Positions 33,965 through 42,087 of a stretch of DNA of 58,868 bases are shown here, piece by piece. Location: positions 1-58,868 of the IMG/VR virus record IMGVR_UViG_3300020438_000040; one strand, given 5' to 3'. Made by a program: the position numbers and the translations under genes. Within the stretch, counting starts at the first letter, position 1. Each line of letters opens with the position of its first letter. This stretch comes from a virus (taxonomy: Duplodnaviria > Caudoviricetes). Below the pieces are notes generated by a model. That model worked only from the letters and a program-made list of their open reading frames with translations, ran no database searches and was not told the origin of the DNA.

Positions 33965-34848
33965 GATACTTTTTAATGGGATTTATTCTGAGCTGCACAG
34001 AAGTGTCGATCTCAAAGGTGCCCAGTCCAGTCAACGATACACAAGGTGTTATACCGACAGACACCTCACCTCCCTCTCAGCCGTCCTCAGAGCCCTCTTC
34101 TGAGCCCCCTGAAGGCATCGGAGGGTATATACACTATCACTTGCGACAAGTGGCTTGTTTGGCCTGTATGGGCGAGACAAATGAGATTACGGTTGAATTC
34201 AAAGCAAGGTTTCATGAAAAGATATCTGATACATACACTAGACATGTGCCTCCACAAGGACAATGCGTGCAGAGTATAAATCAGATAGTCCCACAAGTTA
34301 CTTTAATTGATATGGGAGCCCAAATCAAAGCTAGTGCAAACGGATCATTTCTATATGCTAATAAAAATGCCCAAGGAGACTATTATGCATCTTGGTACAC
34401 AGACTCTTTTTATATAAGAGACACTGTCCACTTGTTGTCTCGAGAAGATAATTATGAATTCTCTCAATTTACCTCTTTTCATGGTTTTGATTCCATAGAG
34501 CCATACGAACTGAGGTTTGTTGACCCAGCATATGCTTTCGCAGCGCCGATTTACAGAACTGGTTCAACATTTTGGTGGGCACCGTATGGATCAAACAGTA
34601 CTTTTACTGTGATGTTAGCTATATACACACCAGACGGAGCCTCTCTGCTGGGTTACGTCGCCTGCTCTGGCGGAGACACAGGGATGATGACTATTCCCGG
34701 ACAATACCTAGCTAGTTATCCTTCTTGGGCGCTTGTAGCAGTCCATTTGACTCGACATAAAATAGAAAATGTCTTGTGGGAAGAGCAAAACACCTATATC
34801 GAAACCCACATGGAATGGGAAGTGATCGGAACTGGTCACATAGAATAA
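33961..34848 (+). CDS. Putative lipoprotein
   Basis: Short signal ending ILSC, Pro/Ser linker (PSSEPSSEPPE), beta-rich body. Confidence 0.6.
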   Translation: MRYFLMGFILSCTEVSISKVPSPVNDTQGVIPTDTSPPSQPSSEPSSEPPEGIGGYIHYHLRQVACLACMGETNEITVEFKARFHEKISDTYTRHVPPQGQCVQSINQIVPQVTLIDMGAQIKASANGSFLYANKNAQGDYYASWYTDSFYIRDTVHLLSREDNYEFSQFTSFHGFDSIEPYELRFVDPAYAFAAPIYRTGSTFWWAPYGSNSTFTVMLAIYTPDGASLLGYVACSGGDTGMMTIPGQYLASYPSWALVAVHLTRHKIENVLWEEQNTYIETHMEWEVIGTGHIE

Positions 34849-34861
34849 AATTGGAGAAAAA

Positions 34862-35881
34862 ATGAACAAAAAAATTCTAGAATATGTATGGTTGGATGGC
34901 TACAAAACATCTAATCTTCGAAGTAAAATAAAAGTTATAAATCACAATAGTGGTGATGAATTAACTTTGTCTGATGTCCCTGAGTGGAACTACGACGGCT
35001 CTAGCACAAAACAAGCGCCCGGAAGCAGTTCTGAATGTGTCCTAAGACCAATAAGACTGTACAAAAATGAATCTGATAAAACAAAACATATGGTCTTATG
35101 TGAAGTTTTCAATCCAGACGGCACTCCTCACGAGTCAAACCAAAGAGCCGACCTGAGAGATACTCTCACTAACGGAGCAGATTTAAAATTCTGGTGGGGT
35201 TTCGAGCAGGAGTACTTTATTACAAAAGGCTATAGTCCACTAGGTTTCCCAAACGGTGGGTATCCAAAACCACAGGGTCTATATTATTGCGGCGTTGGAG
35301 GAAATCAAGTAGTAGGTCGAGAAATGGTCAATGATCACATGATCGATTGTTTATGTTATGGAATCGATATTACTGGAACAAACGCAGAAGTTGCCGTGGG
35401 GCAGTGGGAGTATCAATGTTTCAACGAGGACACTCTTAAAGCTTGTGATGACCTGTGGATCAGCAGATACCTTCTATATAAAAAAGCAGAATCCTTCGGT
35501 TGGGATATAGATATAACACCAAAACCAGTTACTGGTGATTGGAATGGCTCCGGCTGCCATACGAACTTTAGTACTGAGGAAATGAGAACCACTGGTGGCT
35601 TTGAGTATATAAAAGAACTGATGTCCAGATTTTTGAAAAACCATGACAGCCATATCAAGGGCTATGGAGAGGACAATGATCGTAGATTAACTGGAGACCA
35701 CGAAACTCAACATATCGGTACTTTCTCTTGGGGCGTTGGAGACAGAGGAGCCTCGATTCGGGTTCCCACAGCAATGGAAGAAAATAATTGGGTTGGTTAT
35801 ATCGAGGACAGAAGACCTGCAAGCAATTGTGATCCTTATAAAGTAGCTAATTTGATCGTAAGCACCACATCCGAGACATAA
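34862..35881 (+). CDS. glnII: Glutamine synthetase type II
   Basis: EYVWLDG, WNYDGSST, GFEQEY, PQGLYYCGVG, NAEVAVGQWEYQ, PKPVTGDWNGSGCHTNFST, RLTGDHET, DRGASIRVP, EDRRPASNCDPY. Confidence 0.95.
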   Translation: MNKKILEYVWLDGYKTSNLRSKIKVINHNSGDELTLSDVPEWNYDGSSTKQAPGSSSECVLRPIRLYKNESDKTKHMVLCEVFNPDGTPHESNQRADLRDTLTNGADLKFWWGFEQEYFITKGYSPLGFPNGGYPKPQGLYYCGVGGNQVVGREMVNDHMIDCLCYGIDITGTNAEVAVGQWEYQCFNEDTLKACDDLWISRYLLYKKAESFGWDIDITPKPVTGDWNGSGCHTNFSTEEMRTTGGFEYIKELMSRFLKNHDSHIKGYGEDNDRRLTGDHETQHIGTFSWGVGDRGASIRVPTAMEENNWVGYIEDRRPASNCDPYKVANLIVSTTSET

Positions 35882-35882
35882 C

Positions 35883-36185
35883 ATGCCTAAAAAACAAAAG
35901 GACATACTTGTAAAAGACAAGCAAAGAATTGGAAGACCAAAAAGATATAAGGTTGTTTTGTATAATGATGATTATACTCCGATGAACTTGGTCACTTCTA
36001 TATTAATGGAAGTATTTAATAAAGGAAACCAAGAAGCGTATTCCATAATGATGAGTGTTCACAAGAGAGGCCGAGGAGTTGCAGGTGTGTATTCAAGGCA
36101 GATTGCAGATACTAAAATATCTGTCGCAAAAAATATCGCTAGAGAAAATGGCTCACCTCTTCACTGTGAAGCAGAACCAGAGTAG
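35883..36185 (+). CDS. clpS: Clp protease adaptor ClpS
   Basis: YKVVLYNDDYTPMNLV, IMMSVHKRGRGVAGVY, PLHCEAEPE. Confidence 0.95.
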   Translation: MPKKQKDILVKDKQRIGRPKRYKVVLYNDDYTPMNLVTSILMEVFNKGNQEAYSIMMSVHKRGRGVAGVYSRQIADTKISVAKNIARENGSPLHCEAEPE

Positions 36186-36200
36186 ACTCGGGGATATCTT

Positions 36201-36440
36201 GTGATGTCCTCAATGTACCCAATCGATTATGAAGTAGGGGATTTAGTTATTGTTCTGCATCAAATCGATTGGGTTGAGTTTACTGTATATTCTGCTGAAC
36301 TCGCCTTTGTTGTTGAGGTATATAGAGACGAGAAGCATTTTATAGATGTATACGACATGAAAATAAGGACTCTCGCTGGCGGTGAGCTTGGTGTTTGGTT
36401 TGCGGAAGTAAGAAAATTGGTGTTTGAAGATTATGAGTAA
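36201..36440 (+). CDS. Small hypothetical protein (GDLV family)
   Basis: YEVGDLVIV...AFVVEV. Confidence 0.55.
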   Translation: MMSSMYPIDYEVGDLVIVLHQIDWVEFTVYSAELAFVVEVYRDEKHFIDVYDMKIRTLAGGELGVWFAEVRKLVFEDYE

Positions 36441-36777
36441 AAAAGATTTTGAACGCCGATTACGCCATATGCCCATGCATGTTAGGGAATTATATAATGA
36501 ATATAAACATATCTTCTCGGAGGACTTGATTTCTCTTTGGTGGTTCCCCGGTTGGACGCACATAGTTGAGAGTTTATTAAGAAAATTAGAGAGAGATGAA
36601 AAGGTAGAAATAGTTAGAATAAAATCTCATTATTCTTACCTTTATATTCATTATTATAGCTCAAATGATAAGTATAAGAGACTACTGCAGTCGGTAAACT
36701 ACTGTTGTTCGATATCCTGTAGGCTTTGCGGTACCCTAATTAAATTAGGTGACCATTATTGTGAACAATGCAGATAA
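36433..36777 (+). CDS. Hypothetical protein with C-terminal Zn-ribbon-like cysteines
   Basis: PGW..IVE.L, CRLCG...CEQC. Confidence 0.55.
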   Translation: MSKKDFERRLRHMPMHVRELYNEYKHIFSEDLISLWWFPGWTHIVESLLRKLERDEKVEIVRIKSHYSYLYIHYYSSNDKYKRLLQSVNYCCSISCRLCGTLIKLGDHYCEQCR

Positions 36778-37006
36778 AAATAGCAAGACATTTGAAGTTG
36801 GGGATTTGGTAGTGTTTAGCGGGGTCTCTCAGAGTTCAATTAGGAACCAAATAGGTATCGTTATTGGTGACTCAGTCTCTGGAGTAACAGACGAGTTCCT
36901 AAGGGAAGACGAATGGTACGTGGTCCAATTCGGTCCCATGAAATTAATAGTTAACGATACCATGATTGAAAAACTAGAAACAACAAATAACAATGCAGGA
37001 GTTTAA
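36749..37006 (+). CDS. Small hypothetical protein (GDLV family)
   Basis: FEVGDLVVF...IGIVI...WYVVQF. Confidence 0.6.
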   Translation: MTIIVNNADKNSKTFEVGDLVVFSGVSQSSIRNQIGIVIGDSVSGVTDEFLREDEWYVVQFGPMKLIVNDTMIEKLETTNNNAGV

Positions 37007-37193
37007 AGTTGGCGATCTTGTAAAGAGTTCTGATAGTTTTGATAAACAACGCCAATTAGGCATGATTGTATCAGTTAATGAGAAAGTCCATTTAAAATCA
37101 ACAGGTACTGCTGCAATAGTAACCGTTTACTGGTTTCAGATTCAAGAGTCCGACTGGGAATATACTTTCTTTCTCGAAAAACTTGACAACTAA
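36993..37193 (+). CDS. Small hypothetical protein (GDLV family)
   Basis: FKVGDLVKS...LGMIV...VTVYW...LEKL. Confidence 0.6.
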   Translation: MQEFKVGDLVKSSDSFDKQRQLGMIVSVNEKVHLKSTGTAAIVTVYWFQIQESDWEYTFFLEKLDN

Positions 37194-37211
37194 TTGTTTT
37201 CGTGTTACATT
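37183..37211 (+). promoter_or_regulatory. Sigma70-type early promoter
   Basis: TTGACA-N17-TACATT. Confidence 0.75.
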
Positions 37212-37232
37212 ATAAGTAACGTTGGAGGACAA

Positions 37233-37937
37233 ATGAATATTTTTAAAAAGACAGACTCACTGTCGTTAATGAAGGAAATAAAAAACAACACTGTGGACTT
37301 GGTATTAACTGACCCGCCTTACATCATAAGCAAACCGTCAGGTTTCAAAAGCGTGGTAACTGGAGAGCAGCGTTTTGCTGTGTCGACGGATCATGGAGAA
37401 TGGGATAAAGAGGAAAATTTTTCTCTGGAAGATTTGCGAGATTCCGTTTTTGAGTATTATCGCGTTCTTAAGAAGCATGGTACAATGATTACCTTTTGTG
37501 ACCTGTGGAAGATTAGTGATATAAAGCGTATAATGGAATTAGCAGGGTTCAAGCAAATTCGATTGATCGAATGGATCAAAACAAACCCTGTCCCTTTAAA
37601 TTCCAGTAGAAACTACCTCAGCAACGCTAGGGAAGTCGCTCTCCTAGGCGTAAAGGTCAGCAAACCCACGTTTCACTCGCAATACGATAATGGTGTATAT
37701 CGTTATCCTATCTGCCACGAAAAAGGGAGATTTCACCCGACACAAAAACCCCTTGCTTTTATGGAAGCATTGATAAAGAAACATAGCAACCCGGGAGACG
37801 TGGTTTTGGACAGCTTCGCCGGCTCAGCAGCAACGCTGCTCGCCGCCAAAAATTTGCACCGTGGGTACATCGGATGCGAGCTAGACGAGGAATTCTTCAA
37901 AAAAGCAGAGATAAGATTAAATAAGGAGTTACAATGA
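37233..37937 (+). CDS. DNA methyltransferase (N6-A/N4-C, beta class), orphan
   Basis: DLVLTDPPY, HPTQKP, VVLDSFAGSAAT, IGCELD. GGAGGAC RBS, ATG 37233. Confidence 0.92.
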   Translation: MNIFKKTDSLSLMKEIKNNTVDLVLTDPPYIISKPSGFKSVVTGEQRFAVSTDHGEWDKEENFSLEDLRDSVFEYYRVLKKHGTMITFCDLWKISDIKRIMELAGFKQIRLIEWIKTNPVPLNSSRNYLSNAREVALLGVKVSKPTFHSQYDNGVYRYPICHEKGRFHPTQKPLAFMEALIKKHSNPGDVVLDSFAGSAATLLAAKNLHRGYIGCELDEEFFKKAEIRLNKELQ

Positions 37938-38239
37938 GTGGTATACAATTTACAGAAGACGAAAAATCCGAAATCAACTTTGGTGGATTTATAGCAGTAT
38001 TGCCCTATCTTTTACTGATCCCCTTCGGTTTGTTGCACGGTATAGTGGAGAATGACCTTGTTTGTGTATTCGGCGGTGAATGGAGGGAGCCATTGCGTGA
38101 TCGAGTTGGTTGGTATTGTGATCCTGTGCCGGAATGGTTCGCCATACCCCTCGCTCTAACATTTGTTGCTTCATGGCTGATTATTTGGCCAATTCACGCA
38201 AAGTATTCCGCAAAATCCTCCGAATTTTGGAAACTATAG
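37934..38239 (+). CDS. Two-TM membrane protein
   Basis: Two hydrophobic segments; AAGGAG RBS. Confidence 0.6.
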   Translation: MSGIQFTEDEKSEINFGGFIAVLPYLLLIPFGLLHGIVENDLVCVFGGEWREPLRDRVGWYCDPVPEWFAIPLALTFVASWLIIWPIHAKYSAKSSEFWKL

Positions 38240-38273
38240 AACTATTTAGTAGTAAATATTGGAGGGGTTATGA

Positions 38274-38549
38274 ATGGAGACTTTAATTGAAGGTTTGGCC
38301 CAATACGGGCCGCTTGGTCTTTGGACTGCATCTTTGCTTTGGATGAATTTTCAACAAAGACAAGAAAATAAAGAAGATGAAGAGAGGGCGGCCAAAACTC
38401 ACCAATATCACCAAGAACAAATCGTGGAAAACCTCCGAGAACAGAAGCATATGTTGGAAAAGGCAATTGAAAAGATCGATGCTGGCTTGACGGCAATGCG
38501 AGAAAAATACGCCGAAGATAGAATTTTAAGGATGAAAAACGACCAATAA
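38274..38549 (+). CDS. Holin-like protein (BhlA/UviB-type)
   Basis: LAQYGPLGLWTASLLW single TM followed by a charged coiled coil. CTATTTA at 38242. Confidence 0.55.
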   Translation: METLIEGLAQYGPLGLWTASLLWMNFQQRQENKEDEERAAKTHQYHQEQIVENLREQKHMLEKAIEKIDAGLTAMREKYAEDRILRMKNDQ

Positions 38550-38579
38550 GCCCCTAATTACTTATAGAGGACCAAGACT

Positions 38580-39188
38580 ATGATTTTATTAGGAGCGCTA
38601 TTGGCCTGTGAGCCAGAAGTTAGAACAGTATACAGAACAACCACTGAGTATGTAACAGAAACTGAGTATGTAACAGAGACAGAAACTATCGTCGAAACGG
38701 AAACGATCACCGAGACAGAAGAAATATGTGGAACCATTGAGGGAAAACAACCTTGTGACTTTATCGTGATTGACCAAGACGGCAACGAAATAAACTTTCA
38801 TAGCCTTATCGGCAAGCCGGTCATTTTGGATCTAAGCACAATGTGGTGCTATCCTTGCAACCAAGCCGCAATCGACGTACAGATCACCCAAGATGCTTAT
38901 CCGGAGATCACTTATCTAACAATCCTTATTGAAAACGATTTGGGCGTTGCTCCCGAATCTACGGACTTAAAAGATTGGACCGTCGAGCACGGCATAACAA
39001 CCGCGCCGGTTTGGGGTGGATCTCGTGATGTGGTAACAAGCGACCCGACGGATAGCGACGAGTTTTATTTGCGAAGTTGGCCAACATTTTATTTTCTTGA
39101 TGAAGAATTGAGGATTGTAGGATATCAGAGGGGACACGATCAGGTAGCCATCGAAAATTGGGCAGAAGATTTGATAAATCAACAATAA
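38580..39188 (+). CDS. Thioredoxin-like (TlpA/redoxin) lipoprotein
   Basis: Lipobox LLAC, Thr/Glu repeat linker, DF...DQDG, GKPVILDLSTMWCYPC, SWPTFYFLD. Confidence 0.85.
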   Translation: MILLGALLACEPEVRTVYRTTTEYVTETEYVTETETIVETETITETEEICGTIEGKQPCDFIVIDQDGNEINFHSLIGKPVILDLSTMWCYPCNQAAIDVQITQDAYPEITYLTILIENDLGVAPESTDLKDWTVEHGITTAPVWGGSRDVVTSDPTDSDEFYLRSWPTFYFLDEELRIVGYQRGHDQVAIENWAEDLINQQ

Positions 39189-39232
39189 AACGCTTTAAGT
39201 GTACTATTTATTGTTGAGGTTATCTCTGAACA

Positions 39233-39655
39233 ATGAAACAACTATTTGAAAACTGGAAAAGATTCTTAAACGAAGTCAAGCATCTTGTATGCCCACCCGC
39301 CACACAAGATCTTGAACTCAATACAAAAAATCGTAATGCCGCCATAAAGGCCGAGCACATCCAATACGGTCCAATGAACCTATCGGACAAACAATATTGG
39401 ATAAAAGCAGCGAAACATTGGAATACAACACCAGATGTCGCTATAAAATCAAAGTGCTCTAATTGCGCTGCGTTCGATGTATCGCCAAGAATGAAAGAGT
39501 GTATGCCCGGATCCATTCAGGAAGACGGACAACTCGGCTATTGTTGGATGCATAAATTCAAATGTCATTCGGCTAGAACCTGTTATACATGGGCTGCCGG
39601 CGGACCTATCTCGAAAGACAACATTTCTGCTGATTGGCAGAAGGAGAAGGAATAG
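39233..39655 (+). CDS. Cys-rich conserved phage protein with N-terminal MKQLFENWKRFLNE peptide
   Basis: CPPATQD, CSNCAAF, GYCWMHKFKCHSARTCYTW. CTATTTA at 39204. Confidence 0.65.
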   Translation: MKQLFENWKRFLNEVKHLVCPPATQDLELNTKNRNAAIKAEHIQYGPMNLSDKQYWIKAAKHWNTTPDVAIKSKCSNCAAFDVSPRMKECMPGSIQEDGQLGYCWMHKFKCHSARTCYTWAAGGPISKDNISADWQKEKE

Positions 39656-40707
39656 TGAGAAAAGAAATATTGCACAAACTTATCAAGGAAGTATATGAAG
39701 AACTAATGCTCGATGAAGAAGGCAAGAAAGACGCTTGCTATCACAAAGTAAAATCGCGCTACAAAGTGTGGCCATCGGCCTATGCTTCTGGTGCTCTTGT
39801 TAAGTGCCGTAAGGTTGGCGCAAAGAACTGGGGCAACTCAAAGAAAGAGGGCTTATATGAAGAAGAATCCGACATAAAACCCGAGAAACTCGAACAAATA
39901 TTGAAAGACGAAGGCGGAGCCTCTGGGCTTGATCCGTTTATGAAAGCATATCCCGATGCTTCCAAGAAGGACGTTGTTAGCGTATTAAATAAGATGCCTA
40001 ACGTCGCTCAACATGAAAATGGCGATTATATTCTTGATGACGACAAAGATGTTGATATTCAAGAAAAAAAACAAGGAAGCAAAGAATCCTCGCTTCGTGA
40101 CTGGTTCGGTCGCAAAGGGGAGAAGGGTTCCAAAGGCGGATGGGTTGATTGCAATGCTCCTGATGGAAAAGGCGGATATAAGCAGTGCGCCCAAGGAGAT
40201 AGAAAAAAATATCCCGCATGCCGCCCAACGGCGTCTGCTTGCAAAGAAAAAGGAAGAGGATCAAGTTGGGGCAAGAAAAGCGCAAAGAAAAACGAAGGTT
40301 TTTTATATGAAGGGGATGATTCGATCCTTGAAGAATTCAAAGGAGCTGCTCTTGAAGAAGGCGACCTTGTGTGTGAAGGTTGTTTATTCGAAATGCTTCA
40401 AGAAGCATCCTGTGGATGCCCAGACTTGGTTGGTGAAGCAGAATACCAAGGAAGAAAAGTAACGCTTAATAAGCCTACTCGAGGTGATGTGAAGAAGTTT
40501 AAGGTCTATGTAAAGGATCCAAAGACCGGAAACATTAAGAAAGTAAACTTCGGCCATGGAGGAACATCAGCTAAATCTAAGGGCGAAAAAACAATGAAGA
40601 TCCGCAAAAATAACCCGAAAGCACGCAAATCATTCCGTGCTCGTCATAACTGTGATAACCCGGGTCCAAAAACCAAGGCACGCTATTGGTCATGCAAAAA
40701 GTGGTAG
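39655..40707 (+). CDS. Multi-module basic/Cys-rich protein (probable internal virion protein)
   Basis: Modules KKDACYHKVKSRY...WGN, LRDWF...WVDC...YPACRP and KVTLNKP...KKVNFG...RKSFRARHNC...ARYWSC, joined by acidic linkers. GTG start 39655. Confidence 0.7.
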   Translation: MRKEILHKLIKEVYEELMLDEEGKKDACYHKVKSRYKVWPSAYASGALVKCRKVGAKNWGNSKKEGLYEEESDIKPEKLEQILKDEGGASGLDPFMKAYPDASKKDVVSVLNKMPNVAQHENGDYILDDDKDVDIQEKKQGSKESSLRDWFGRKGEKGSKGGWVDCNAPDGKGGYKQCAQGDRKKYPACRPTASACKEKGRGSSWGKKSAKKNEGFLYEGDDSILEEFKGAALEEGDLVCEGCLFEMLQEASCGCPDLVGEAEYQGRKVTLNKPTRGDVKKFKVYVKDPKTGNIKKVNFGHGGTSAKSKGEKTMKIRKNNPKARKSFRARHNCDNPGPKTKARYWSCKKW

Positions 40708-40714
40708 ATAAAAC

Positions 40715-40743
40715 TTGACAACTATTCTCTGATCGGTTATATT
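40715..40743 (+). promoter_or_regulatory. Sigma70-type early promoter
   Basis: TTGACA-N17-TATATT. Confidence 0.85.
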
Positions 40744-40764
40744 ATAAATAACATTGGAGGACAA

Positions 40765-41280
40765 ATGAACATATTTGCAATTGAACAAACGCCATCCGGC
40801 GACATCGACTGGGTTAAATCAGCCCAATCACAAGACAATTACCGCGTAGTCAAGATGATACTGGAATCCGTCCAGATGCTATGCACCGCGATCAACGACC
40901 AGCACGGAGAGCAGGTCACACCTTATCGTAATGCTCACCTTAACCACCCATCAACTAAGTGGGTACGTGAGTCATCAGCCAACTTCGAGCGGCTCGTAGA
41001 GCACACGTTAGCAATGCTTGATGAATATACAGAACGCTTCGGCAAGATCCATAAGTGCGCTGGCGTACTAGAGAAGGTCTTGGATCTTTACGACCCCGAT
41101 AGGTTTGGTTGTCATGTCGACACACCCTTGCCGATGTGTATGCCCGATGAATTCAAAGGTGACTCCATCGTTGAGTCATACCGCAAATTCTATGCTAGCA
41201 AGCCTCGTATGCGTTATCCAACAGAGAAGATCCCTGTTTGGTTTAACCAATACCGAGAGTTACCATTTCAAGAAATTTAA
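40765..41280 (+). CDS. Pyrimidine-dimer DNA glycosylase-like (DenV-related) protein
   Basis: MNIF, VVKMILESVQMLCTA, HLNHPSTKWVRES, EYTERFGKIH, CMPDEFK, VESYRKFY. Confidence 0.75.
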   Translation: MNIFAIEQTPSGDIDWVKSAQSQDNYRVVKMILESVQMLCTAINDQHGEQVTPYRNAHLNHPSTKWVRESSANFERLVEHTLAMLDEYTERFGKIHKCAGVLEKVLDLYDPDRFGCHVDTPLPMCMPDEFKGDSIVESYRKFYASKPRMRYPTEKIPVWFNQYRELPFQEI

Positions 41281-41290
41281 TAAAAAAAAC

Positions 41291-41319
41291 TTGACAACTA
41301 AACAATAACACATTATATT
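41291..41319 (+). promoter_or_regulatory. Sigma70-type early promoter
   Basis: TTGACA-N17-TATATT. Confidence 0.85.
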
Positions 41320-41347
41320 ATAAATACAACACAACCATGGAGGACAC

Positions 41348-41989
41348 ATGTTGGAATTACTAAAAAATATTGAAAACACAAAAACAAGCGATCAGTTAAG
41401 AAGTGAAATAAGAGGTTTTATTTCTAATAAAATAGGGCCCTTAACAAAAGAAGAAGAAACCAAACAATGGTTTTTAAGAGAAGAGTCTCTAGAGGTTATT
41501 TATACTATCAAGCCACATCTTCACGGTACAATAACTGAAGATATGGAATCTGGTAATTATATAAAAAATGATCGTTTATTTGAAATATATCTGTCTGATG
41601 TGTGGGAAAAACAACCAGCAGTTGGTAGCCATCCAAAAAAATATAATTTGGTTAACATTTATAATGCTTTAGAGAACGCTGTTTCTACAAACAAAACCAC
41701 AGAAGCAATAAGAGCCTTAAAAGAAAAATATTCCCAACTTAAAGACGAGAAAGATAATAAAATTTACATCGCCACTTTAGATGGATACTCGGGGCAAGTA
41801 ATCGGAACCTATCGTAGCAAGCAAATAGCAGAGGTAGATATAGGTTTTTTACGCGAAGATACAGTACCCTTCACTGAAGAAGAGTTCGAAGGCGTTGGTC
41901 CTGAAAATTTAATCAGTTGCTATTGGTCTGACGATGGACCAATTAGCATATGGGAAGCATCTATTATAGATGAAATAATAATAAGATAA
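41348..41989 (+). CDS. Hypothetical protein
   Basis: Own promoter and GGAGGAC RBS. Confidence 0.65.
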   Translation: MLELLKNIENTKTSDQLRSEIRGFISNKIGPLTKEEETKQWFLREESLEVIYTIKPHLHGTITEDMESGNYIKNDRLFEIYLSDVWEKQPAVGSHPKKYNLVNIYNALENAVSTNKTTEAIRALKEKYSQLKDEKDNKIYIATLDGYSGQVIGTYRSKQIAEVDIGFLREDTVPFTEEEFEGVGPENLISCYWSDDGPISIWEASIIDEIIIR

Positions 41990-42019
41990 TTAAATTATAA
42001 AAAACTTAACATTTCCCCC

Positions 42020-42048
42020 TTGACAAATGTCTTGGGGTGTGTTATATT
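42020..42048 (+). promoter_or_regulatory. Sigma70-type early promoter of dnaE
   Basis: TTGACA-N17-TATATT. Confidence 0.85.
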
Positions 42049-42087
42049 ATAAACATAATAAACAACACATAAGATCATGGAGGACAC

